Of a stretch of 64,000 nt of DNA, positions 28,534 through 37,691 are shown one piece after another. Each line of letters opens with the position of its first letter. Positions within the stretch are counted from its first letter, which is position 1. Where the stretch lies: positions 32,001 through 96,000 of the IMG/VR virus record IMGVR_UViG_2818991472_000001; one strand, written 5' to 3'. The notes under the pieces are model-generated. The model searched no databases. It was given only the letters and a program-made list of their open reading frames with translations, and was not told the DNA's origin. The stretch comes from a virus. Taxonomy: Duplodnaviria; Caudoviricetes. Made by a program: the position numbers and the translations under genes.

Positions 28534-28565
28534 CCCCTTCCCACCGGGCAGAGGCGGCCGGACAG
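28534..28565 (-). promoter_or_regulatory. Putative late promoter motif
   Basis: CTGT-N22-AAGGGG. Confidence 0.75.
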
Positions 28566-28625
28566 GACCCGGACTGTCCCCTGAGTGCGCTACCGTTCGG
28601 GGAGACCAGCAGGACGGAGGCAGCG

Positions 28626-29435
28626 GTGCTCAAGATCAGGGGGTTCGACGGCACCCCGGACGTCGTCCCGGGCTGGGAGGCGCGGGAGTCCGCCAGCGAG
28701 GCGGACGCCGACGTCCTGGAGCAGACGGCGCAGAGCACCGCCGACACGGTCGCCAGCGCCTGGCGGCAGCTCACCGACCGCCACGCGAGCAGCGTGACGG
28801 GGGCGCCGTCCCCGCTGCAACAGCTGCTTCTCAACGCCTGGCCGTACCGGGCGGTCGTCGAAGAGACTGACGCATCGTCACCTCATCGGGTGACCCGCGT
28901 GCGCCTGGAGTGCTACCTGGGCAGCGGACGCATCCACGACCTGCTCCACAGCTCCACCGGGCGCCACGTGCTCGCCCTGCTCCAGGCCGAGACTGGCATC
29001 GCCTTCACCCTGCCGATCTGCAGCACCCGCTGGCTCACCCTCGGCATCATCCACTGCACGCCGCGCGCACCCAGGCAGAGCCGTCCGGCCCGAACCGCGC
29101 AGGACGAAGCGGCCTTCAAGGCCAGGGTTGACGCGATCATCAACGGCAGCCTCGTCGAGGACAGCCTGACCTTCCCCGCCGACCGGCTCAACTACGCCCT
29201 GCGCAAGCACCTCGGGGTGAGCGCGACCACCTTGAGCTGGGCAGCAGCCCCCGAAGGACACTGCGCCGTCTACTTCGAGCGCAAGGCCGCCGCACGGCTG
29301 GCCGACTTCGGGATGCCGGTCGAAGGCGTACCGGGCCCCCACAACCCCAGCATGGTGCAGTACCTGCTCACAGACGCCCAGTGCCACGAGATCGCGGACC
29401 GCGCGGCCGGACGGCAGTCTGCCCTTACGGCGTAG
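28626..29435 (+). CDS. Hypothetical protein
   Basis: GTG 28626 with GGAGG RBS; C-terminal part of ORF 26910..29435. Confidence 0.7.
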   Translation: MLKIRGFDGTPDVVPGWEARESASEADADVLEQTAQSTADTVASAWRQLTDRHASSVTGAPSPLQQLLLNAWPYRAVVEETDASSPHRVTRVRLECYLGSGRIHDLLHSSTGRHVLALLQAETGIAFTLPICSTRWLTLGIIHCTPRAPRQSRPARTAQDEAAFKARVDAIINGSLVEDSLTFPADRLNYALRKHLGVSATTLSWAAAPEGHCAVYFERKAAARLADFGMPVEGVPGPHNPSMVQYLLTDAQCHEIADRAAGRQSALTA

Positions 29436-29862
29436 CTTCGCCCTGCTCCGGCTTGGTGTTGATCGTGCCGCCCGCCGCCAGCAGCTCCTTCTTCGGCACC
29501 GGCCTCATCGTGAGCCGTACGCTCGCACCCCCGAGTCCGGGGGAGTTGGAGATGTAGGCGGCCTTGTCCACGTTGCCTTCGTCCAGGAGGGCGTAGGTGT
29601 AGTCCTTGTCGTCGTGCTCGACGTCCCCGGCCAGGTGCATGAGCCAGCGGGTGTACAGCGCCAGCTCCTTGCCGATGTCCCGCTTGGCGTCCATGCCGTA
29701 GACGGCGTGCACTTCGCCGATGAGCACGCCGCCGTGGCTGATGGTCCAGTTGATCGGCTCCATGTCGGCCTTGGCAGCCCTGCTGAACAGCTTGCCCAGC
29801 GCCCGGTAGCCAGCACGCTGGTACTCGATGCTGTACGTGTGCTGCGGTGGGGAGAAGGCCAT
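29425..29862 (-). CDS. Hypothetical protein
   Basis: Globular composition, co-oriented with 29911..31827. Confidence 0.7.
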   Translation of the reverse strand: MAFSPPQHTYSIEYQRAGYRALGKLFSRAAKADMEPINWTISHGGVLIGEVHAVYGMDAKRDIGKELALYTRWLMHLAGDVEHDDKDYTYALLDEGNVDKAAYISNSPGLGGASVRLTMRPVPKKELLAAGGTINTKPEQGEATP

Positions 29863-29910
29863 GGCCGGAGTCTAGAGGACTCTGGCCATGGCTATGGTCA
29901 CTTTCTGTTG

Positions 29911-31827
29911 TCACATCTTCGCTGTCAGGGTGTTCGGGAGGTGGGGTCCGATGTACCCGATGTGGATCTTTCCGTCAGCCCGGGTCGAGTCGAACAGGTG
30001 CAGCCGGGGGTAGGGGACCTGGGCTCCGAGCCGGATGTGCGCGCCCATGTACGCCCGCTCCGACGGGTGGGCGGACCTCGGCACCGGGAACACCCGGGCG
30101 TTGAACCACTCGTCGCGGGCCTTGACGGCCGCCGACTCGTCCGGGACGAACGCGCTGGCGGAGATCGGGTTCAGGGCACCGGGCCAGCGCAGGTACTGGT
30201 AGATCGACGACAGCTCGGGCCGGTCGCTTCCGGCGGTCGCGCGGGCCTGCCCGTAGGACTCCAGCATCTCCAGCGCGCCCCAGGCGCGATTGATCCACAA
30301 CGCGCTGTGCGGTGAGTCCAGCTCGGCGATGCTGTCGGGCACCCGGTCCCCGAGCACCACGTACTCCAGCAGCTCGTGGCCCATTTCGAGGAACTCGTCC
30401 CACGAGGCGGCCACCGGCCGGGCGGCGGGCACGGCCTCGTCGAAGGGGGCCTTCTGCAGGTCGGCGAGCTTGCGGCGCAGGAAGGCGATCTCCCGGACCT
30501 GGTCGTCGCCTTCGGCTTCCAGCTCCACCACCCGCTGGTTGGCCGCGTCGCGGTCGCGTACGGCGGCCACCGCGACTTGCCGCAGCGCCGCCGTGTCCGG
30601 GCGGGCCCGCAGCTCCTCGACCTCGGCCCTGGCCGCCGTCAGCTGGATCTTGGTGTCCTCAAGCTCCTCCAGGGTGCCGTTCAGCTCGCCGAGGATCTCC
30701 TCCCGGCCTTCGGCGAGCATGGCGATCTCCTCCTGTGGAGAGGGCCCGGTGACCTCCTGGACGGTGATGCCCTCGGGCCCGACGTCGACGCGGGTGAGGG
30801 AGCCGAACAGCTCGACCAGGTCCCCCAGCATGAAGCCGCTGCGCTCTTCCTCGTGCTCCTCGATGGTCTCGGCGATCCCGACGGTGTTGCGGACGTTGTT
30901 CTCCACCCACTGGGTCATGTCGCACGGCATCTGGTGGTAGACCTGCAGACCCCGGGCGGCGCGGCCGGAGACGACATCGTCGTGGGTGAACATCACGTTC
31001 GAGGAGCGCAGGCCCTCACGCAGGGTGGGCAGGATGAACGCGCCACCGGGATGCAGGCGCATGTCGTACTGGTGGGCGAGGGCCTCGTTGAGCTGGTCGT
31101 ACTCAGGGCCGGAGACGGTCCACAGGACCGTGTTGCCGTGCATGGAGGGAGTGAAGTCCTCCACCAGGGCCTTCGCGTTGGTGGCCTTGACCAGGTCGTC
31201 GTCGTGGACGAAGACGGTGGTCGTGTCGGCGTACCTGCCCAACTCCTGCAGCTGGACCTGGAGGCTCTTGGTGTTCCCGAAGCTGCTCTTCGTCAGGCGG
31301 TTGATCTTCAGCATGCGCCCGCCGAGACCACCGTGGGCCCGGTCCCAGCCGACGTTCTTGTTCTCCGGCATCAGCCTGACCGCTGGGGAGAGCCAGTGGC
31401 TCTGCCAGGTCGGCTCGCCCGGGGCGTAGGCGACGATCGTCCAGGCGCCTCGCTTGTCCGCGCCCTTGGCCTTGCTCACTGGGAGGCCAGGCCCTGGGGA
31501 GAACGACTCGTCGGAGGCGCGGATGTCGGCGATGTTGCAGTGGCTGGTGTCGAGGACGGTGAGGGTGGCGTAGATCCGCACCGGGGTGGGGTCGTTCGTC
31601 CTGCGGGGCTCGGTCCACCGGGCGGCGAAGCCGTACCCGTTGGCCTTGCTGACGTCGGCGGCCCGGATGTCGAGCAGCTCGAACCTCGGCTCGGGGTGGT
31701 CCTCCTGCCGCTCGGCGTGGGTCAGGATCTCGTGGAGCTGCGCGGGTGCGTCGCGCAGCAGTCCCCTACCGAGCCAGGAGTTGAGAGGGCGGCAGCGGAT
31801 CGTCAGCGTCTTGGGCCGGATGGCCAT
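29911..31827 (-). CDS. Coiled-coil protein with C-terminal RelE-like (putative nuclease) domain
   Basis: Start MAIRPK; central coiled coil; AHIRLG...PRLH....KIHIGYIGPHLPN.LT tail. Confidence 0.6.
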   Translation of the reverse strand: MAIRPKTLTIRCRPLNSWLGRGLLRDAPAQLHEILTHAERQEDHPEPRFELLDIRAADVSKANGYGFAARWTEPRRTNDPTPVRIYATLTVLDTSHCNIADIRASDESFSPGPGLPVSKAKGADKRGAWTIVAYAPGEPTWQSHWLSPAVRLMPENKNVGWDRAHGGLGGRMLKINRLTKSSFGNTKSLQVQLQELGRYADTTTVFVHDDDLVKATNAKALVEDFTPSMHGNTVLWTVSGPEYDQLNEALAHQYDMRLHPGGAFILPTLREGLRSSNVMFTHDDVVSGRAARGLQVYHQMPCDMTQWVENNVRNTVGIAETIEEHEEERSGFMLGDLVELFGSLTRVDVGPEGITVQEVTGPSPQEEIAMLAEGREEILGELNGTLEELEDTKIQLTAARAEVEELRARPDTAALRQVAVAAVRDRDAANQRVVELEAEGDDQVREIAFLRRKLADLQKAPFDEAVPAARPVAASWDEFLEMGHELLEYVVLGDRVPDSIAELDSPHSALWINRAWGALEMLESYGQARATAGSDRPELSSIYQYLRWPGALNPISASAFVPDESAAVKARDEWFNARVFPVPRSAHPSERAYMGAHIRLGAQVPYPRLHLFDSTRADGKIHIGYIGPHLPNTLTAKM

Positions 31828-31924
31828 GCGGTACTTCCTCTGTACTTGGGGCGCGGCAGCGGTTCCATCATCGCGCGCGGCGCCGACATCGGTCGGTCGA
31901 GTCCTAGTTAAGCAACTGAGCAGG

Positions 31925-32308
31925 TCATCCGGTGCGACGTTCCCGGAACTGCCCAACTCCCCCGTGGAGTAGGGCTACCATCCTGCGCAACATTTTTCTA
32001 TAACAAGCCCAGGCGGCCTTCTTCCTCGGTCCGAACCGGCCTGGCTCCTGGGGGGTGGGGGCCGCCGCCGTTGGGGCTGGGCAGCAGTACGCGAGGGTCT
32101 CCAGGTCGAGCATCCGGTAGTCGCGGAACATGGCGAGGGCCTCGGGGGCGTTGGGCCAGCGGACGGTGCTGGTCCGGCCGTCGTCGGCCTGCACGGTGAC
32201 GTGGGCCTGGGCGTGGTCGATGGCGGTGACGGTGGTGCACAGGCCCAGCAGGCCCTGCTGCGGGGCGTGGTGGATGCGGTCGCCGACGGCCAGCGGCGGG
32301 TGGATCAC
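31925..32308 (-). CDS. Hypothetical (SH3-like N-terminus)
   Basis: LAVGDRI...VTAID...VTV; start overlaps the upstream stop. Confidence 0.55.
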   Translation of the reverse strand: MIHPPLAVGDRIHHAPQQGLLGLCTTVTAIDHAQAHVTVQADDGRTSTVRWPNAPEALAMFRDYRMLDLETLAYCCPAPTAAAPTPQEPGRFGPRKKAAWACYRKMLRRMVALLHGGVGQFRERRTG

Positions 32309-32790
32309 TTGTCGGTCCCGGGGTTGTAGGCGTTCTTGAGGCGGGGGTTCTCGGCGACCAGGTCGGAGGCGGTCAGGTGGAGCTGCTCGCTGGCGTAGTC
32401 GCGCTCGCTGGCCTTGCTGATCTGGTCGAAGTAGAGGGCGGCGGCGACCACCACGGTGTCGGTGAGCATCGCGTTCTGCGCCTCCAGGGTGGTCAGGCGT
32501 GGGGTGAGGGCCTTGACGACCGCCCTGGTGATGGCGGCGGCGCTGGCGGCCGGGGAACTGCTCAGGGCGGCGGTGACGACCTCGCTGACGACGGCTTCCA
32601 GGCCGGTGGGGTCGAGGCGGACGCGCTCGCGGGGCGGTTCGCCGACTCCGGCGCAGGCGGCGCCCATGAGCCAGGAGAGGTGGTACGGGTTCGGGGCTCC
32701 GTGGTGGCGGATCATCCCGGCCTTGGTGAGGTTCGCCTTCCGGCCGCAGCTGGCGCAGGTGCCTTGCGGTGGCAGCGTGGTGGGAGTCAT
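32305..32790 (-). CDS. Zn-finger hypothetical protein
   Basis: GTCASCGR...IRHHG...CAG. Confidence 0.65.
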   Translation of the reverse strand: MTPTTLPPQGTCASCGRKANLTKAGMIRHHGAPNPYHLSWLMGAACAGVGEPPRERVRLDPTGLEAVVSEVVTAALSSSPAASAAAITRAVVKALTPRLTTLEAQNAMLTDTVVVAAALYFDQISKASERDYASEQLHLTASDLVAENPRLKNAYNPGTDK

Positions 32791-33100
32791 GGGGTGGGTC
32801 CTGTTTCGGCAGTTCAGGCGGCAGGCGGTGGCAGTATGTAGAAGGTTAGTCGCTGGTTGTGACAATCCGGGTCAGGGGTCGGGGTGGTCGGCTCCCCCGG
32901 TGACGGTCAGCGTGATCCAGGTGAAGATCCCGGCCGCCGCCGCGCTCGCCAGCGTGACCACGCCGAGGTGGAAGGCGCCTTCGGCGGCAGCGGCGACGGT
33001 GGTGGAGCAGGCCAGGGTGACGGGGGCGGTACGGCGCACATCAGATCCACGGGAGTCGGTTCGGGCATGAAGTAGACGGAGGGCAGCGGGCCGGGGACGA

Positions 33101-33664
33101 TCACCGGCCCTGGCTCACCTTCCACTGGTGGAGGTCCGTGATGTGGCGCGGGAGGCCCTCGTGGCGGCGCCGCTCGGTGAGGACTTCGTCCATCAGCTCG
33201 GTCAGCTCGCCGATTCCGGCGGCGGTGCACAGCACCCGCTCGGCGCGGCTGGTGACGTCCGGGTCGATGACGGCGCGCTCGGTGGCGGCCCAGTCCAGGG
33301 CCCAGGACAGCAGCTGCGGTTCGAGCGTGAGGGCGGCGGTGAGCGGGGTGCGGCGCTGGACGACGCGGTTGTCCAGGTCCAGCACCTCCAGCACGCGGCC
33401 GGTCAGGCGGACCTTCTGGTAGATCGCGGCCACCCCGGTGTGCTGGTAGTTGCTGTAGGACTCCCACAGCTCGGTCAGCCAGGTGTTGACGCCGAGGATG
33501 TCGGCGAGCAGCGGGTGGATCTGCTCGTGGGCGTGGCGGTTGTTGCGGAGGTCGGAGATCGCGGCGACCAGGACGGTGCGGTTGCGCTGCTGCAGGGTCA
33601 GTCCGTAGAGGACGGCCGGGGGCGTGGGGCCGGTGCTGTTGGTGGAGATGGTGGCGATGGTCAT
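33101..33664 (-). CDS. Hypothetical protein
   Basis: Part of a tightly packed minus-strand run. Confidence 0.7.
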   Translation of the reverse strand: MTIATISTNSTGPTPPAVLYGLTLQQRNRTVLVAAISDLRNNRHAHEQIHPLLADILGVNTWLTELWESYSNYQHTGVAAIYQKVRLTGRVLEVLDLDNRVVQRRTPLTAALTLEPQLLSWALDWAATERAVIDPDVTSRAERVLCTAAGIGELTELMDEVLTERRRHEGLPRHITDLHQWKVSQGR

Positions 33665-33678
33665 CGTGGCTCGCTTCG

Positions 33679-34047
33679 TCAGGCGTTGCGGACGCGCCAG
33701 TAGGTCCGGCACCGGGAGCAGCGGTAGGTGGTCCAGCGCTTGTCGTCCGGGTGGGTGCCGTGGTTCCAGGTGCGGCGGTGGTCGGTGGGCCGGGCGCAGG
33801 CGCGGCCGGTGAAGCCGGGGCGGCCGAGGGTGGTGGTCCTCGGCGGGTGGATGCGGCGGTTGTAGGCGTGGACGGCCGACAGGAGCAGGCGCGGGGCGCG
33901 CAGTCCGTCGACGGGGACGACCGGGAGCGTCTGGTACTCCACGAGGAGGCGGACCTGGTCCTCGGTCTTGCCGAGGAGAGCGGCGGCGTCGTGGAGGGAG
34001 CAGGTGCTGAAGTCGACCGGGACGGCTGTCTTCTTGCTGCTGCTCAT
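33679..34047 (-). CDS. Excisionase-like HTH plus Zn-ribbon protein
   Basis: SLHDAAALLGKTEDQVRLLV....LP; C-terminal C..H...YRCSRC. Confidence 0.6.
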   Translation of the reverse strand: MSSSKKTAVPVDFSTCSLHDAAALLGKTEDQVRLLVEYQTLPVVPVDGLRAPRLLLSAVHAYNRRIHPPRTTTLGRPGFTGRACARPTDHRRTWNHGTHPDDKRWTTYRCSRCRTYWRVRNA

Positions 34048-34589
34048 CGGGGCTGGCGGGCCTCGGAGTTGAGCATCAGGGCGGCGATGAGGGCGCGCAT
34101 GCCGTGCACGGTGAAGGTCTTCTTCTCGCCGAGGTCGCCGGGGACGCCCGCCTCCAGGAAGCCGTCGACGATGCTCCGGTAGTCCGGCAGCTCGGGTTCG
34201 CCGACCAGCCTGGTGTAGTCCGGGCCTTCCAGGCGGGCGGCGACGACGTCGGCGGCGCGGGTGAGCGGCCGGGCGTAGAGCAGCGGTTCCTCCGGCTCCC
34301 AGCCGGAGACCAGCAGCACCGTGGCGGCGCCGTCGTGGGTGGCCCAGACGGCGCGCAGCTTGTCGGTGCGGGAGGACTTCACCAGCAGGGCCGGGTGGAG
34401 GTTCTCGGCGTCGATGCTCGCGGGCGAGATCGGGACGATGCCCAGGGCGGCGAGGGCGGCCTTCAGGGCCTTGAGGCGGTCGCGGGTGCTGACGAGGTAC
34501 GGCGCCGGAGCGAGGAAGGGAAGGGTGGTCTCGTACTCAGCTGCGGCGAGTTCGTACCACCCGGGCGTGGCAGTGCCCGAGGACGGCAT
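34044..34589 (-). CDS. Hypothetical protein
   Basis: AGGAG RBS, ATGA coupling. Confidence 0.65.
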   Translation of the reverse strand: MPSSGTATPGWYELAAAEYETTLPFLAPAPYLVSTRDRLKALKAALAALGIVPISPASIDAENLHPALLVKSSRTDKLRAVWATHDGAATVLLVSGWEPEEPLLYARPLTRAADVVAARLEGPDYTRLVGEPELPDYRSIVDGFLEAGVPGDLGEKKTFTVHGMRALIAALMLNSEARQPR

Positions 34590-34738
34590 GGCGGATTCTC
34601 CTGGCAGGAGGAGTGGTGGAGCATTGGCAGGTCCGGCCAGCCTACATGCCGTCTTCGCAGGCCGTCGAGGTCTGAAACGATCTCACGACAGCGCTGCTGG
34701 CCCCGGTCGTCGCTCCAGGGCCAGCAGCGCCAAGCATG

Positions 34739-35746
34739 TCAGAACGCGGGTTCGGCCGGGCTGTCCTGGTTGAACAACCACGCCTCTTCGTCCTGGACAC
34801 AGGTGTCCTCCGGGGAGGGCTCCTGCTCCTCCTCCTGGTCGGCGCCCGCCAGACCGGGGAACAGCTTGGCCACGTGCCGGGCCACCGCGAGGCCGGAGCC
34901 TGCTCCCCGCAGACCGGACGGCGGCTGGTGGCCCAGCTGCCCGGCGGCATCGGTGTAGACCGGCTCCGGGAGCTTCACGTCGAGGTCGAACGAGTCGATC
35001 TCGTCGTCGACCACCTGCTGCGCCTGCAGCAGCTGCCCGTTGGCGTCCCAGGTCACGCGGACCAGCTCACCGGTGACGACCAGCCATCCGATCATGCGGA
35101 CCGCGAGGAGCTGCGGAACCTGGTGGGGGCGAAGACCACGGTCGACCCGGGCCTGCTGCAGCGTCGGGATCAGGTCGCCCGCCAGTTCCGACAGCCGGTG
35201 GATGCCCGATGCGGATTCGAGGTACGCGCGCACGCTGGGGCGGGCGTTGGGGAGGTTGTAGAACATGACGCCGACGCCGTGGTCGAGGAGGATGCGCTGC
35301 AGCGGCTCCTCGCCGCCTTCGGTGACGTACTTGGCCAGGACCGCGCCCTCCTCGGCGGCCACCTTCTCCGGTGAGGGCGAGGCTTCGGGCGTGGGCCTCG
35401 GGGGCACCAGCGCTGCCGTGGCCTCCACGGAGCCCACCTCGGGGCGCTTCGGCCATGCGAGGCGCAGCCGCTGCTCCTCGGCGTGAAGGGCCCGCTCCAG
35501 TTCTTCGGTTTCCACGGACTGCCGCCAGACCGTCAGCGTGCCGCCCTGCGGGTACGCGTACTCCATGGCCTTGGCCGGTGCCGAGCGGTGCTCCGGGTCG
35601 CCGGGATGGTCCTCGGACAGCCACTGGGGCGCGGCGTCATCGGGCAGGAGGCAGGAGGCGGCGTTCCGGGCGTCGACCAGGGACAGTTCCAGATTGGGTG
35701 TCCCGTCCGGCAGGACGAGCGTGTAGACGAACACGGTGTACTCCAA
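34739..35746 (-). CDS. Hypothetical protein (start uncertain)
   Basis: 335 aa ORF with acidic C-terminus. Confidence 0.6.
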   Translation of the reverse strand: MEYTVFVYTLVLPDGTPNLELSLVDARNAASCLLPDDAAPQWLSEDHPGDPEHRSAPAKAMEYAYPQGGTLTVWRQSVETEELERALHAEEQRLRLAWPKRPEVGSVEATAALVPPRPTPEASPSPEKVAAEEGAVLAKYVTEGGEEPLQRILLDHGVGVMFYNLPNARPSVRAYLESASGIHRLSELAGDLIPTLQQARVDRGLRPHQVPQLLAVRMIGWLVVTGELVRVTWDANGQLLQAQQVVDDEIDSFDLDVKLPEPVYTDAAGQLGHQPPSGLRGAGSGLAVARHVAKLFPGLAGADQEEEQEPSPEDTCVQDEEAWLFNQDSPAEPAF

Positions 35747-35759
35747 AGGGGGCGGCAGG

Positions 35760-36086
35760 TCAGGCAGTGAGGGCCTGGGCGGAAGGCGGCGGTGAGGTGA
35801 TGCTGAGGTGGGGCAGCTGGTTCATGCCGAGTGCGATGTCCACCGTCAGTCCCGCTTTCTCCAGCACCTGGGCGCAGGTCTCGGTGATGTTGAAGACGAG
35901 CCGGGCGTTGGGCGGAAGGCTGGTGGCGACGTAGGTGACCCGGACGGTGCCGTCGGACAGGTCCTCGACCAAGTACCCGGCGTGGGTGACGACTCCGGTC
36001 CTGGAGAGGGAGGCGGCCACCAACCCGGCGTCCCGCAGTGCGTCCGCGCTGCGCTGGGCGAGGCCGGAGAGGGAACGCCGGGTCAT
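35760..36086 (-). CDS. Stand-alone copy of the recurrent alpha/beta module
   Basis: ADALRDAG...AGYLVE...VRVTY...AQVLEKAGLTV. Confidence 0.65.
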   Translation of the reverse strand: MTRRSLSGLAQRSADALRDAGLVAASLSRTGVVTHAGYLVEDLSDGTVRVTYVATSLPPNARLVFNITETCAQVLEKAGLTVDIALGMNQLPHLSITSPPPSAQALTA

Positions 36087-36535
36087 CTGGCACCGTCCAG
36101 CAGCCACGGCGGGACGGTCAGGGGCAGCTCGGCGATCTGGGCGGTGGCGATCCAGAACTGCCCGGACTCCGCCAGGCTGGCCAGACGGGCGGACCCGGTC
36201 ACTCCGGGCTCGTCCTGGTCCAGCAGCGCCTTGATCCCCAGCTCGAACTCTTCCTCGCGCTGTTCCCGGACGGCGGCCACCAGCTCCTCGTCGGTCAGTT
36301 CGTCCAGGTGGCGTACGCCCGCGTGCTTCCTGACCCGGCGCCAGATCGCTTCCCTCTCCTGCGCGCGGACGTAGGTGCCGACCTGGCCGTGGGGGGCGTG
36401 CTTGCGCAGGATCAGCAGGGAGTTGAACCTGCGGCGCTCGCTCTCGTAGTCCTCGCCGTGCCGCTCGGCGCTGGCCCGTATCCGCTGGGCGGCAAAGGCG
36501 ACCTGCTGTGCGGTGCGGACGGTGGAGTCGGACAA
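36083..36535 (-). CDS. Hypothetical helical protein
   Basis: Probable TTG start 36535 with GGGAG RBS. Confidence 0.6.
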   Translation of the reverse strand: MSDSTVRTAQQVAFAAQRIRASAERHGEDYESERRRFNSLLILRKHAPHGQVGTYVRAQEREAIWRRVRKHAGVRHLDELTDEELVAAVREQREEEFELGIKALLDQDEPGVTGSARLASLAESGQFWIATAQIAELPLTVPPWLLDGAR

Positions 36536-36747
36536 CGCTTCTCCCAGGTCAAAGAGCTGAGCTGCACGAGCACGGCGTGCGGAGTGACGTCCCGTCAGGG
36601 CATGCGCCAAAGAGCGCAGATGACAGACCGGGTGATCCGCACAATGCAATAATGTCAGCCTCTTGCGGGCGCTGCACAGGAACTGGCCAAAACCGAACGA
36701 GCCGATCCTGTGGCCCCCCACCAACAACCGCCGGAGAGCACCGCTGC

Positions 36748-37041
36748 ATGACCAAGAACCAGCCACCACCCCGACCCGACAACACCACCCCATCGAGTGA
36801 ACGCCGCCGGACCCTCACCCTCTATCTCTCGCTCATCGCCCTGGCCATCCTCGCCACCGGCGCGGTCTTCGTCTTCCTCTCCCCCGAGAAGCACACCCCC
36901 GCCGCAGCCGCGCTGTACGTCCTCACCGTCGGCGTCTGCGTGATCGTCATCATCGCGGTTCCCGACCTCCTGGCCTCCCGGGAGCGCCAGGACCGCACCC
37001 TCCCCCCGCCCAGGCCCTCCAAGGGCCGTACCGAGAAATGA
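36748..37041 (+). CDS. Two-TM membrane protein
   Basis: ATG 36748; two hydrophobic segments; hairpin at about 37043-37078 follows. Confidence 0.7.
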   Translation: MTKNQPPPRPDNTTPSSERRRTLTLYLSLIALAILATGAVFVFLSPEKHTPAAAALYVLTVGVCVIVIIAVPDLLASRERQDRTLPPPRPSKGRTEK

Positions 37042-37089
37042 ACGGTGCCCCGGCCGGGCGGACTCGGCCGGGGCACCGCGTGTTCATGA

Positions 37090-37521
37090 TCAGTAGACCG
37101 GGCAGGACGGGCAGAACGCGGCGCTGACGGCGAGCGGGCCCAGGAAGATCGTGCGGCTGCGCCCACCGGTCTCCCGCAGCGACTTCTTGCAGGAGTAGCA
37201 CTTGCGGGCCGTGATCGACAGGCGCTTGACGTCGCAGGGGACGCAGGCGACGGTGTCGGGCATCTCGGCCCAGGCGACGAGCGGCACGGTGAGTTCGCCG
37301 TTGCTCGGGAAGTGCGGGCAGTAGTAGCGCTTCTTGCGCGGATTGCTGTGCGTGGCGAGGACGTTCCGGAACCAGTCGGGCCGCTCCTCCGGGCGGATCG
37401 TGGACTCGATCGCCTCTCCCCCGGCAAGCTCCCCGAGCACTTCGACGTGCTCCTGGATGTCACGGACGGCGGCCTGCTCCTGGTCGGAGACAGCGATCTC
37501 TGAGGGGTGTCGCTTCATCAT
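37090..37521 (-). CDS. Cys-rich Zn-binding protein
   Basis: CPH, CVPC, CYSC, CPSC. Confidence 0.65.
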   Translation of the reverse strand: MMKRHPSEIAVSDQEQAAVRDIQEHVEVLGELAGGEAIESTIRPEERPDWFRNVLATHSNPRKKRYYCPHFPSNGELTVPLVAWAEMPDTVACVPCDVKRLSITARKCYSCKKSLRETGGRSRTIFLGPLAVSAAFCPSCPVY

Positions 37522-37691
37522 GCGAAAGACGCTATTCCCCCAACTACCAAATGTAGAGCCAAAGTTGGGCCCGCGCAATTTCCCGTCTCCAACCGGCCCA
37601 TTGTGTCCGAAACCCCGGCCTCCGGCTGGCCAGATGCCGCCGGTGCCGGGGTTTCAGGTCGCTCCTGCGTACGACTTCTCGCTCCGATGTT

